In this document: in pieces, positions 44,766 to 54,185 of the stretch
Position numbering within the stretch: position 1 is the first letter of the stretch
Layout of the letters: every line of letters starts with the position of its first letter
Assembly (NCBI GenBank): GCA_015063955.1
Contig: SVTD01000004.1
Coordinates: forward strand, 949-64,948
Reading direction: 5' to 3'
DNA from: Oscillospiraceae bacterium
GTDB lineage: Bacteria > Bacillota > Clostridia > Oscillospirales > CAG-272
Length of the DNA: 64,000 bases
Notes under the pieces: generated by a model
Told to the model about the DNA's origin: nothing
The model's input: the letters and a program-made list of their open reading frames with translations, nothing else
Database searches by the model: none
Made by a program: the position numbers and the translations under genes

Positions 44766-46085
44766 ATGCTTCCTGACGATATACTGGCTCTGCTTTCTCA
44801 TATGGAGAGCCACGGGATCAAGGGATACGTGGTGGGCGGAGCCGTTCGCGACCTTGTTATGGGCAGAGAGCCCGATGATTACGATATTGCGGCGGAATGC
44901 CTTCCCGAGGATCTTTTAGAGGCGTTTTCAGATCATCAGCACTATGATACGTCTATCAGATTCGGCACTCTTAACGTTTACAGCGGCAAGAGATGGATCG
45001 AGATCACCTGCTGCCGCTACGAGTCGGGATACAGCGATCTTCGCCACCCCGATACGGTGGAATTCTGTAAGGATATAAAAAAAGACCTTAAAAGAAGGGA
45101 TTTTACAGTAAATGCAATGGCGATGGGTTCAAAGGGGCAGATCGTCGATCCCTTCGGCGGCAGGGAAGACATAAAAAACAAGATCATCCGCTGTGTCGGC
45201 GAGCCTGAGCGCCGTTTTTCCGAGGATGCGCTCCGTATTATCCGCGCCCTTCGCTTTGCCTCTTGCCTTGAATTTGAAATTGAGGAAAACACTAAAAGGG
45301 CGATACGGGAAAAGCGGGAGCTTTTGTCACTTGTCGCAGGTGAGCGTATCTTTGCGGAGCTTTGCAAGCTCCTTCTTGGAGACGGTGTTCTTTCGGTCCT
45401 TCTTGAGTACAGCAGCGAGCTTGGCGTAATTATTCCCGAGCTTTTGCCCTGCGTGGGACTTGATCAGAAGAATCCTTATCATATTTACACGGTATACGAG
45501 CATATCGCCCGAAGCGTTGCGGCATCTCCCAAGGAGAAAAACATCCGTCTTTGTATGCTTTTTCACGATATTGAAAAGCCGAGGGCGTTTTTCGTGGACG
45601 AAAAGGGTGTCGGGCACTTTTACGGCCACCCCGAAATGTCGCAAGAGACAGCAGAAAATATCCTCCGCCGTCTGAAGGCGGACGCAGATACGGTAAAAAA
45701 GGTAAGCTTTCTTGTAAAATATCACGATACAAGGCCCTCTGCTACTAAAAAAAGCCTTCACAAGTATCTTATGAAGGTGGGATTTGAGGGAGCGAGGGAG
45801 CTTCTTTCAGTCAGAAGAGCAGACCTCAGCGCTCAGTCTCCGGAGTTTTTTTCACAGTTTGAATATCTTTCCGAGAGCGAAAGGATAATTGACGAGCTTG
45901 AAAAGGAGGGTGTCTGCCTCAGCGTGCAGGACCTTTTAGTAAACGGTAACGATCTGATAGAGCTTGGGATAGAGAAGGGAAAAAAGATAGGAGAGGTTCT
46001 TTACTGGCTTCTCGGAATGGTTGTGGCCGGTCAGGTTAAAAACGAAAGAGAACAGCTCCTTTCTCTTGCAAGAAGAAAAGTATAA
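44766..46085 (+). CDS. cca: CCA-adding enzyme / tRNA nucleotidyltransferase (with HD-type domain)
   Basis: GYVVGGAVRDLVMGREPDDYDI, RRDFTVNAMA, RALRFA, LFHDIEKP. Confidence 0.9.
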   Translation: MLPDDILALLSHMESHGIKGYVVGGAVRDLVMGREPDDYDIAAECLPEDLLEAFSDHQHYDTSIRFGTLNVYSGKRWIEITCCRYESGYSDLRHPDTVEFCKDIKKDLKRRDFTVNAMAMGSKGQIVDPFGGREDIKNKIIRCVGEPERRFSEDALRIIRALRFASCLEFEIEENTKRAIREKRELLSLVAGERIFAELCKLLLGDGVLSVLLEYSSELGVIIPELLPCVGLDQKNPYHIYTVYEHIARSVAASPKEKNIRLCMLFHDIEKPRAFFVDEKGVGHFYGHPEMSQETAENILRRLKADADTVKKVSFLVKYHDTRPSATKKSLHKYLMKVGFEGARELLSVRRADLSAQSPEFFSQFEYLSESERIIDELEKEGVCLSVQDLLVNGNDLIELGIEKGKKIGEVLYWLLGMVVAGQVKNEREQLLSLARRKV

Positions 46086-46120
46086 AAACCTTGCGAAGCA
46101 CGTCTTCGCAAGGTTTTTTA
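46084..46120. terminator. Bidirectional terminator
   Basis: AAAA-ACCTTGCGAAG-cacgt-CTTCGCAAGGT-TTTTT. Confidence 0.8.
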
Positions 46121-46137
46121 TTGTAAAGTATTAAAGA

Positions 46138-46995
46138 TCAGTCTGCCTTCTTGAGAAGTATGTAGCTGAGGATACACGCCGCAACCATAGAGCCCTGGGA
46201 GATAAAGCCGAAAAGTGCGCCGGTGGCAAGGGTAGAGAGTGCGCCGATTCCGAGGAATATTCCGTAAACGAGGATCCTTGTGGCAACACCGCGCTCGTTA
46301 AGCTCGATGGGTCTGCATTCGTTGTATGCACGGGATACGTTGGTGAGATACTTTGAGAAGCGTCCCGTAAAGAGAACGTTGACAAGGATCATGATTCCCG
46401 CAGAGAGAAGCGTTGCTACGAAAAGGATAACGCCGATAACAACGCCGGAAAGCTCTGTAATGGCTTTTATGAAAGCATCGATAAACTCGTACATCATAGC
46501 GCTTGTTTCTGCATCAACGTGATTTTCCATAAGCGCTTCCTCGAAGCCTGCGTAGATCTCAGTGGTGAATTCGCCGACAGCGTCGCCGATCATCCCGAAA
46601 ATAAGGAGGCAGAGGAGGCCGAAAAGGATGATAAGACCTGCGCCCACGTATGTAAGAACGTATCCGATCTTTACGGAAACGGAGGTGACCTTTATGCCTG
46701 AGCCGATAAGGTTTGTGTTCTCACCCGTAGAACCGGCATAAACGAGCCATACGCCTATAACGATGAGGATGGCAAGAACGTCGAAGCTTCCAAAGAAGAA
46801 TCCAACGCCTGCAGAAACTGTCAGCAGGATGCAGATTGCAAGAAACAGAGGATTCTGAAGCTTTGTTTTTGTATTTTCGAGGGGAGATACGGGAGCTGCT
46901 GCAGGATCCTGAGATACTCCGGACAGGTTGTAACCGCAGTTGTGGCAGAACACCGCGCCCTCGGCAAGGCTTGCGCCGCATTTGGGACAAAACAT
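46138..46995 (-). CDS. Zinc-ribbon domain membrane protein
   Basis: N-terminal CPKCG...CHNCG zinc ribbon, followed by several TM helices. Confidence 0.8.
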   Translation of the reverse strand: MFCPKCGASLAEGAVFCHNCGYNLSGVSQDPAAAPVSPLENTKTKLQNPLFLAICILLTVSAGVGFFFGSFDVLAILIVIGVWLVYAGSTGENTNLIGSGIKVTSVSVKIGYVLTYVGAGLIILFGLLCLLIFGMIGDAVGEFTTEIYAGFEEALMENHVDAETSAMMYEFIDAFIKAITELSGVVIGVILFVATLLSAGIMILVNVLFTGRFSKYLTNVSRAYNECRPIELNERGVATRILVYGIFLGIGALSTLATGALFGFISQGSMVAACILSYILLKKAD

Positions 46996-47056
46996 GATTT
47001 GACCGCCTTTCTTTATTCTTTATTATTTTGATTATAGCAATATATATGCCTTTTTG

Positions 47057-47665
47057 TCAATCTTTTGACTCTTTTTTTGCGCCCCTTGGAGAGTGTTTTT
47101 TCTTTTTCTTTTTTCTTACGGAAAAGCCGAACTTTCCGAGGCTTCGTCCAAGCTCGAAGTATTCTCCGTGGGCAAAGGCTGCAAGCTGAGCCCTGTCAAT
47201 GCACAGTCTTCCGTCGCGGTCGAGAAGATCCTCGTTTACCGTAACGGCAACTATATCCGCAAGAAACATATGGTGGGTGCCAAGCTCGATAACGTCAAAA
47301 ACGCGGCATTCGATGGAAAGAGGGCACTGGTCGATGAGGGGAACTGATATTTCAGAGGCAGGAACCCTCGTAAGATTCCATTTTTTGAATTTATCTACCT
47401 TTCTGCCCGTGTGTATGCCGCACCAGTCGCAGGCAGAAATAAGTGAGGAGGGGGTCAGATTCAGGGCAAACTCCCCGTTCTTTTTCAGTATCTCGTAGGA
47501 ATAGCGGGACGGGCGCACGGAAATATACGTTTTCGGAGGGATGGTGTTTATAAGTCCCGTCCAGGCAACGGTAAATACGTTATCCCGCTCCCCGTCGCTG
47601 ACGGTAACGAGAACGGGAGGCACGGGAGCAAGCAGGGCTCCGCCCTTCCAGCTTATTTTTGACAT
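47057..47665 (-). CDS. Flavin reductase-like FMN-binding split-barrel protein
   Basis: LLAPVPPVLVTVSDGERDNVFTVAWTGLINTIPPKTYISVRPSRYSYEIL. Lys-rich C-terminal tail. Start at 47665 with an AAGGAAGGA RBS. Confidence 0.85.
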   Translation of the reverse strand: MSKISWKGGALLAPVPPVLVTVSDGERDNVFTVAWTGLINTIPPKTYISVRPSRYSYEILKKNGEFALNLTPSSLISACDWCGIHTGRKVDKFKKWNLTRVPASEISVPLIDQCPLSIECRVFDVIELGTHHMFLADIVAVTVNEDLLDRDGRLCIDRAQLAAFAHGEYFELGRSLGKFGFSVRKKKKKKHSPRGAKKESKD

Positions 47666-47856
47666 TCTGTGATCCTTCCTTTTTGAGCTGTATTTCACTT
47701 ACATTTTATCTTAATTTTTCCTTAAGTACAATATAGTTTACAAAAAATACTTGCAATAAATTGTCAATAATTATATAATGAGATCGAACCCGAAAACAAA
47801 AATCGGTTTCAGAGGCGCCCCGTCGCCTCAGGAATAAAAAAAGATCGAGGGATTTC

Positions 47857-48882
47857 ATGGAAAAGCTTATAACCTTCACCGTGCCCAGCTACAATTCCGC
47901 GGCATTTATGCATAACTGCATAGATTCTCTTCTCGGCGCAGGTGATGATATTGAAATAATGATCGTAAATGACGGCTCAAAGGACAATACCGGTGAGGTG
48001 GCAGACAGATATGCCGCTCAGTATCCCGATATCGTCACGGTCATCCATCAGGAAAACGGCGGTCACGGAGAGGGTGTAAACCAGGGAGTGCGCCACGCAA
48101 AGGGCAAATATCTGAAGATCGTTGACTCCGATGACAGACTTGATTCCGAGGAGCTGAAAAAGGTCCTTGATAAGATCCGCAAGAACGAGGCAGAGGGCAC
48201 TGAGATCGATATGTACGTATGTAACTACGTATACGTCAGAATCGATACGGGAGACCGCCGCCCCATGGGATACGCGAATATTTTCCCTGAGGAAGAGGTC
48301 TGCACCTGGGAAGATACAAAGCCATTCGGCCCCTCAAAGTATCTTATGATGCACTCCGTTATCTACAGAGTACAGCTTCTTCGCGACTGTAACTTTGAGC
48401 TTCCCAAGCACACCTTCTACGTTGATAATCTCTATATGTACTATCCCTTCCCCTACGTTGAAAAGATATACTATATCAATTCCGATCTTTATCTCTACTA
48501 CGTAGGCAGCGACGAGCAGTCAGTAAACGAGAAGAACGTAGTAAAGCGTATCGACCAGCAGATCCTCGTAACTAAGCTCGTTATCGACAGCCACGACCTC
48601 CAGGAGGTAAAAAAGAAGAGCCGCCGCCTTTACAGATATATGCTCCACGAGCTTTCGATGCTTATATCCATCTGTAACGTTTTTCTTGATATCAAGGGAG
48701 ATCGCGAAAGCGTTGAAAAGCAGAAGGAGCTTTGGAGATATCTCAAGGCAAAGGATCCTTACACCTATAAGAAGATGCGCTACGCAGCTCTTTCCGCCTT
48801 CACTCATCTTCCCGGTGAGCTTGGCAGAAAAACAACGGTGGGTATATACAGAATCATTAATAAAATCTATAAACCCAACTGA
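47857..48882 (+). CDS. Family 2 glycosyltransferase
   Basis: FTVPSYNSAAFMHNCIDSLL...IVNDGSKDNT...KIVDSDD (DxD). Confidence 0.88.
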   Translation: MEKLITFTVPSYNSAAFMHNCIDSLLGAGDDIEIMIVNDGSKDNTGEVADRYAAQYPDIVTVIHQENGGHGEGVNQGVRHAKGKYLKIVDSDDRLDSEELKKVLDKIRKNEAEGTEIDMYVCNYVYVRIDTGDRRPMGYANIFPEEEVCTWEDTKPFGPSKYLMMHSVIYRVQLLRDCNFELPKHTFYVDNLYMYYPFPYVEKIYYINSDLYLYYVGSDEQSVNEKNVVKRIDQQILVTKLVIDSHDLQEVKKKSRRLYRYMLHELSMLISICNVFLDIKGDRESVEKQKELWRYLKAKDPYTYKKMRYAALSAFTHLPGELGRKTTVGIYRIINKIYKPN

Positions 48883-49008
48883 TTTTTTGTACAAATTGAG
48901 ATATTCCTATTGCAATTTCAAAAAATCGTGGTATACTGTTAATAGTAGAAGTATCCTTTCATGGATATACTTATATACAGACAGGCAGCCCAGCTGTCAA
49001 GGAAAGGA

Positions 49009-49278
49009 ATGATATTGATGAATGAAGAAAAGCGTACAGGTTCAAGCGTAGGTAAGATAATCCTTATCTCTGCGGCAGTTGCTCTTGCTGTTGTAGGCAT
49101 CGTTGCTCTGCTTTATAATCTGTTCAAGAAGCATTTTAAGGTTACTATCGATTGCGGCAAGTGCGATGATTGCGATAGCTGCGATGACGATTGCTTCGGC
49201 GATGACCTCGACCCTGCTTGCGACTGCGATGAGGACTACGTTCCCAAGTGCAGCCTTGACGATGCAGAAGAGGCTTAA
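49009..49278 (+). CDS. Single-pass membrane mini-protein with a Cys/Asp-rich C-terminal tail
   Basis: TM helix IILISAAVALAVVGIVALLY, then CGKCDDCDSCDDDCFGDDLDPACDCDEDYVPKC. The start is chosen after an AAGGAAAGGA RBS. Confidence 0.6.
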   Translation: MILMNEEKRTGSSVGKIILISAAVALAVVGIVALLYNLFKKHFKVTIDCGKCDDCDSCDDDCFGDDLDPACDCDEDYVPKCSLDDAEEA

Positions 49279-49297
49279 TCCTGACTTCTGAATAACG

Positions 49298-49337
49298 AAA
49301 ATGACTTTTTGAGGTTCACCCTTGGAAAGTCATTTTT
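49298..49337 (+). terminator. Candidate terminator
   Basis: AAAATGACTTT-loop-AAAGTCATTTTT. Confidence 0.5.
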
Positions 49338-49369
49338 AGGTAGAAAAAGATTTTTAAAGGGAAAATACT

Positions 49370-50428
49370 ATGAAAAAGATACTTATGGCAGTCCTCGCCC
49401 TCCTTGTGCTGCTGGGCCTTGCCTCCTGCGGCTCTGAGGGCTCAAAAAAAGAGGAGACCACCGCAAAGGCTGACTGGCGCAATACCATAGAATACGAAAG
49501 CGCGTTTTTTGTAAACGAGAATCTGAGGGTTCTTTATGCCCTTGATACCGGCAGCATTACTCTCTGGGATAACGGCGGCGACGGCAGCGTTATGCAGGTC
49601 ATCGAATACGATACCTCCGTTGCTGACGCCATTGAGAGAATAGAAAAAGAGGACTTCAACGGCGACAATAACTGCGATATCCGCATCATTTATTCGGAAA
49701 GCGAAAAGGGAACGAGATATAATCTTTTCCTCTGGAGCGATAAGGCGGGCAGATTCGTTGAGTGTATGCTTTACAATACGATCACAGATCCCGTGTATAA
49801 CAGCGAGACCGGCGAGATCACGGGAGTTACCGATAAGGGCGTTTTCGGAAAGGTAACGAAAACGTACTGCTTCAACAGCTCATCGGGTCTTGACGAGCTT
49901 ACCTGTACTATCGAAGGCGTTGACAGCGTTGCAGCTACAGTTGCAAAGGCGATAGGCGGCGAAAGCGTTGAAAGAATCGTAAATACCGTAACAGTTGACG
50001 AAAAGGAATGCACGGCTTACTCGGTCATCAGCGGAGGCAAGAAGGTTGGATACGTAGCCGCAACTCCCGATTCCGTCTGGTACGTTGACGCGGGCTGCTG
50101 CGGTCTTTACCGTGAAACGGGCGAGAGCGAGAGCGGCGAGGTCCTTCTCGGTGACTATCTTGGAGAAGCCAGAGCGGCATTTAACCTTGCAAAGCTTATG
50201 GGCGGCGAGGACGTGAGCCTTGTGGGCATGACCTACGGCCTTATAAACGGCTCCGAGGCTCAGCGCTTCGGCGCAAAGAAGGCAGACGGGGCATCCTTTG
50301 CCGTAGCCTGCGATGAAAACAGCGTTTGGTATTATTCGGAAAACGGAACGGCATTTTTGCAGGTCATCTCCTCAACGGGCGATATCGTCGGTGAGGAAGA
50401 GGTTGAATTCGCCATTCCCGAGGAATAA
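49370..50428 (+). CDS. Lipoprotein of unknown function
   Basis: Signal peptide plus lipobox MKKILMAVLALLVLLGLASCGS. Confidence 0.85.
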   Translation: MKKILMAVLALLVLLGLASCGSEGSKKEETTAKADWRNTIEYESAFFVNENLRVLYALDTGSITLWDNGGDGSVMQVIEYDTSVADAIERIEKEDFNGDNNCDIRIIYSESEKGTRYNLFLWSDKAGRFVECMLYNTITDPVYNSETGEITGVTDKGVFGKVTKTYCFNSSSGLDELTCTIEGVDSVAATVAKAIGGESVERIVNTVTVDEKECTAYSVISGGKKVGYVAATPDSVWYVDAGCCGLYRETGESESGEVLLGDYLGEARAAFNLAKLMGGEDVSLVGMTYGLINGSEAQRFGAKKADGASFAVACDENSVWYYSENGTAFLQVISSTGDIVGEEEVEFAIPEE

Positions 50429-50446
50429 TAAAGAGAGGGTAAGAAA

Positions 50447-50971
50447 ATGTTTGTAAAAAAGGCAACGCCCGCTGAAATTGCAGGGGCAAAGGAAAAGCTT
50501 GAAAGAGCCTTCGGAGAGGTGATCCCCGTGGAGGATATGCCTGTTCGGGAATATATGATAAAATGGCTGTCCGTTTTTGCGGCGGATATGACGGTGTACG
50601 ATGCAAAGTCCTTCTGCCTGCCGAAGCTTCTCTACAGAAACTATCTTTGGCACGCCTTCAGCTTCCAGAAGACGGACTGCTACGTTGATGAGGATGCTGA
50701 GGAGGCATTTAAGAACGGCTTTGAGGGGGAATGCTATATTCTTCTCAACCGTGAGAACCTCCTTTGTAAGATCCCCGACGGAAGAGTGCTGAACCCTGAA
50801 AACGTAAAGGAATTCGACAATTTCATCGTCTTCACCGCAGATTTTTCCGAGACCTTCGTCCATACGGGCAACGAGGAGTTCGGCCCCTATTATAAATCGG
50901 CGGACATGGCTCAAATCGATGACAGCGAGCCCGAAGAGGAAATAGAAGTCGAAATATTTGAAGAAGAATAA
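50447..50971 (+). CDS. Acidic cytoplasmic protein of unknown function (possibly DUF4275-like)
   Basis: YLWHAFSFQK motif and an acidic tail DDSEPEEEIEVEIFEEE. The family assignment is from memory only. Confidence 0.7.
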   Translation: MFVKKATPAEIAGAKEKLERAFGEVIPVEDMPVREYMIKWLSVFAADMTVYDAKSFCLPKLLYRNYLWHAFSFQKTDCYVDEDAEEAFKNGFEGECYILLNRENLLCKIPDGRVLNPENVKEFDNFIVFTADFSETFVHTGNEEFGPYYKSADMAQIDDSEPEEEIEVEIFEEE

Positions 50972-50977
50972 CGCAAA

Positions 50978-51015
50978 TAAAAAAGCATTGCAAGCGCACG
51001 CTTGCAATGCTTTTT
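50978..51015. terminator. Bidirectional terminator
   Basis: AAAAAA-GCATTGCAAGCG-cac-GCTTGCAATGC-TTTTT. It overlaps the ruvX stop. Confidence 0.8.
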
Positions 51016-51427
51016 ACTTCATATTTCTGTCAATGTAGTCCTGAAGGATAAGGGTTGCGGAAAGCTCGTCCACGTTATCCTTGCGCTTCTTGCCGCGAAC
51101 GTTCAGCTCGGAGAGGATATTATGGGCGCTGACGGTGGTCAGGCGCTCGTCGTAAAGCTCAACGGGCACCCCTGCAAGCTCTGAGAGCATAGCCGCAAAC
51201 GCACGGCACTTTTCACTTCTCGGGCCCTCAGTTCCGTTCATATTAAGGGGATTTCCCACGACTATAAGCTCTGCCTTTTTCTCCTTTGCCGCATCGGCAA
51301 CTGCCTGGGCGGTTTTCTTCATTCCCTCGCATCTTACACAGCCTGCCCCGAAGGCGAAGGTGCCTGCGTTAAGAGCAAGACCTGTTCTCGCGTCTCCGTA
51401 ATCGACGCCAAGTACGATTTTTGCCAT
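51014..51427 (-). CDS. ruvX: YqgF/RuvX-family putative pre-16S rRNA nuclease
   Basis: IVLGVDYGDARTGLAL...VVGNPLNMNGTEGP...DERLTTV. Confidence 0.9.
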   Translation of the reverse strand: MAKIVLGVDYGDARTGLALNAGTFAFGAGCVRCEGMKKTAQAVADAAKEKKAELIVVGNPLNMNGTEGPRSEKCRAFAAMLSELAGVPVELYDERLTTVSAHNILSELNVRGKKRKDNVDELSATLILQDYIDRNMK

Positions 51428-51441
51428 ATTTATATCCTTTC

Positions 51442-52377
51442 TTACTTTGCTTCCTTTATACTCTTCGCAAACGCCTTGATCTCCTTGAGGGTGGGGATGG
51501 ACGTTGAGGCGCCCTCTCTGGATACGCAGATCGCCGCCGCCAGGGTCGCGAATCTTGCAGCCTCAAGGATATCGCCCTTTTGCATATACGCATAGCTGAG
51601 AGCCGCAGTAAACACGTCTCCTGCGGCGGTGGTATCTGCAACGGATACCTTGTGGGCGGGGATTATGTTATAGTACTTTCCGTCATATACAAAGCAGCCT
51701 CGGCGGCCGAGCTTGAGAACGACGTATTTTGCCTCCGTTACCGTTGCAAGGCGGATGGCCGCCTTGAGGCAGTTCTGTACGGAATCGGGCTTTATGCCTG
51801 TCAGTATCTCGCATTCGGTTTCATTGGGAGAAAGAATCTCAACGCCCTGAAGCTTTTCCAAAGGATAATCTGCTCTTGCGGGGCCTGCATCCACAAAGAA
51901 GGGGATTCCGTTTTCTCTTGCAAAGCGTGCCGCCGCAACAGATGCCTCGTCAGGTATCTCAAACTGAATGAAAACACCGTCGGGATAGCAGGTAAAGGCC
52001 TCCTCAACGTCATTTTCGCAAAGGCAGTTGTTTGCACCGGGATATACGATAATGCGGTTCTGTCCGTCCTCCTCAACGATGATGGAGGCAAGGCCCGTGG
52101 CCTCCTCTCGGTCCTCGCCGATAAATCTTGTATCGATCCCCTCGGCCTCGTAAAGCTTTTTCAGCTTCTTTGCATTATCATCCTTGCCCATTTTCGTGCA
52201 GAACACCGTATCCGCTCCTACGCGGGCAAAAGCAAGAGCGCTGTTTGCGCCCTTTCCGCCGGGAACGTAGCTGTATCCGTTCTGTTCGATGACGGTTTCG
52301 CCGCCATCGGGCATTCTTTTTACGCGCTGAACGAAATCTATATTTGCAGAGCTTACCACAAGAACTCGTTTTTTCAT
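51442..52377 (-). CDS. rbsK: Ribokinase (PfkB family)
   Basis: VVSSANIDF...PGGKGANSALAFARVGA...DTTAAGDVFTAA. Confidence 0.88.
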   Translation of the reverse strand: MKKRVLVVSSANIDFVQRVKRMPDGGETVIEQNGYSYVPGGKGANSALAFARVGADTVFCTKMGKDDNAKKLKKLYEAEGIDTRFIGEDREEATGLASIIVEEDGQNRIIVYPGANNCLCENDVEEAFTCYPDGVFIQFEIPDEASVAAARFARENGIPFFVDAGPARADYPLEKLQGVEILSPNETECEILTGIKPDSVQNCLKAAIRLATVTEAKYVVLKLGRRGCFVYDGKYYNIIPAHKVSVADTTAAGDVFTAALSYAYMQKGDILEAARFATLAAAICVSREGASTSIPTLKEIKAFAKSIKEAK

Positions 52378-52522
52378 AATTTTACCCTTTTCGATGATTT
52401 ATATTTATATTATATATCTTCTTTTCCCATATTGCAAGCAATAGTTTTTTAACATAAAGCTGTTGAAATAGATGCAAAGGTATGATAGAATTTCTATATA
52501 TACAAAAAGGAAGGTAATTTCT

Positions 52523-54184
52523 ATGGAACGTATTATTTGTAAGCCTGTAGCCGAGACCGAAAAGTGTTTTCTCGACGAATCCATAAACGACAAAAAGGAA
52601 TATACTACCGCAACGATGCTTCTCGGAGAGCGCTTTTCCTATCAGATCGCCTATAACACCGACGGACTGCCCGTGGGTATTGACGGTATGTGGGTAAAGG
52701 TAAGAGTTGAGGGTCCCGCAAAGGACTGGGTACAGATCCAGATCGTTGATTCTGTAAACGTCCGTATGCCCATGAACATCGGCTGTGAGGATAAGAATTT
52801 CCTTCGCACCGAGCCCGGTCTCTATCCCGATCTTCTGAAGCCCTACAGGGAGGGCAACGACCTTGCCGCATCCAAGAGACTTCAGTCTCTCTGGGTGGAC
52901 GTTTACGTGCCCGAGGATGCCGAGGGCGGCAAGTACCCCATCAGCGTGACGTTCTATGACGATGCACACGGAGATCTCGGATGCTGTGAATTCACAGCCG
53001 AGGTCATCCCCGCAGTTCTTCCCGAGCAGGAGATCGCAGTTACTCAGTGGTTCCACCCCGACTGCCTTGCGGTATACTACGGTGTTGAGATGTTTTCAGA
53101 GGAGCATTGGGCTATCCTTGCAAAGCATATTGACGTTTACGTAAAGAACGGACTCAATATGATCCTCACCCCCGTTTTCACTCCCGCTCTTGACACGGTT
53201 CCCGGCGGAGAGCGCCCCACCTGCCAGCTCGTTGACGTTTACAGAAACGACGGCCGCTGGTCATTTGGCTTTGAGAAGCTTGAGAGATGGGTAAATCTTT
53301 GCCTTGAGCTTGGCATCGAGTATTTTGAGATCTCTCACCTCTTCACTCAGTGGGGAGCAAAGCACGCGCCCAAGGTAATGGCGCATACCGAAAACGGCTA
53401 CGAAAAGGTATTCGGCTGGGAAACTGATGCCTGCGGCCAGGAGTATCCCGCATTCCTTCGCGCATTTATCCCTGCCCTTATCGAAAAGCTTGAGGAGCTT
53501 GGCGTTGCCGACTGCTCCGTATTCCACATCTCCGACGAGCCCGGAAGCGATATGCTGGAAAGCTACAACTCCGCAAAGAATACAGTAACAGAGTGCCTTA
53601 AGGGTCAGATCATCATGGATGCTCTTTCCGACTACTCCTTCTACGAGCAGGGCGTTGTTGAGCACCCCGTAGTCGCTACGGACCATATCGATCCTTATCT
53701 TAAGGCAGGCGTTCCCAATCTTTGGGCATACTACTGCTGCTGCCAGGTAAACGGCGTTTCAAACCGTATGGTTGCAATGTCCACAGCCAGAAACCGCATC
53801 ATCGGTCAGCAGCTTTATAAGTACGATATTGCAGGATTTCTGCAGTGGGGCTTTAACTTCTACTTCACTCAGGGCTCCCGCGAGTTCTGCGATCCCTATC
53901 AGTGCACAGACGGCGGCTGGTGGGTTCCCGCAGGCGACACATTCTCAGTTTACCCCGCTCACGGCGGCGGCGCATACGAGACTATCCACCTTCTCGGCTT
54001 TACGGCAGCCCTTACTGACCTTCGCGCATTCAAAAAGTGCGAGGAGCTTTGGGGCAAGGAGGCTGTTATGGCTGTGATCGAGGAGAGAGGCGAGATCACC
54101 TTCAAGGATTATCCCAGAGACGACGGGCAGATCCTTACGGTGCGCGAAAAGATCAACAGAATGATCGCAGAAAAGCTTTCCTGA
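52523..54184 (+). CDS. DUF4091-like glycoside-hydrolase-like protein (function unknown)
   Basis: About 550-aa soluble protein. ATG at 52523 after an AAGGAAGG RBS. Its overall composition resembles DUF4091 proteins, but that is recollection and was not searched. Confidence 0.75.
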   Translation: MERIICKPVAETEKCFLDESINDKKEYTTATMLLGERFSYQIAYNTDGLPVGIDGMWVKVRVEGPAKDWVQIQIVDSVNVRMPMNIGCEDKNFLRTEPGLYPDLLKPYREGNDLAASKRLQSLWVDVYVPEDAEGGKYPISVTFYDDAHGDLGCCEFTAEVIPAVLPEQEIAVTQWFHPDCLAVYYGVEMFSEEHWAILAKHIDVYVKNGLNMILTPVFTPALDTVPGGERPTCQLVDVYRNDGRWSFGFEKLERWVNLCLELGIEYFEISHLFTQWGAKHAPKVMAHTENGYEKVFGWETDACGQEYPAFLRAFIPALIEKLEELGVADCSVFHISDEPGSDMLESYNSAKNTVTECLKGQIIMDALSDYSFYEQGVVEHPVVATDHIDPYLKAGVPNLWAYYCCCQVNGVSNRMVAMSTARNRIIGQQLYKYDIAGFLQWGFNFYFTQGSREFCDPYQCTDGGWWVPAGDTFSVYPAHGGGAYETIHLLGFTAALTDLRAFKKCEELWGKEAVMAVIEERGEITFKDYPRDDGQILTVREKINRMIAEKLS

Positions 54185-54185
54185 T

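Noticed and set aside
47057-47110. Poly-lysine tail (RKKKKKKH) of the flavin reductase, encoded by an A/G homopolymer-like tract, as a possible slippery or phase-variable site
   Set aside because: The runs are interrupted (AAGAAAAAAGAAAAAGAAAAAA), they sit at the extreme 3' end, and a frameshift would only alter a few terminal residues. There is no evidence of a regulatory role.
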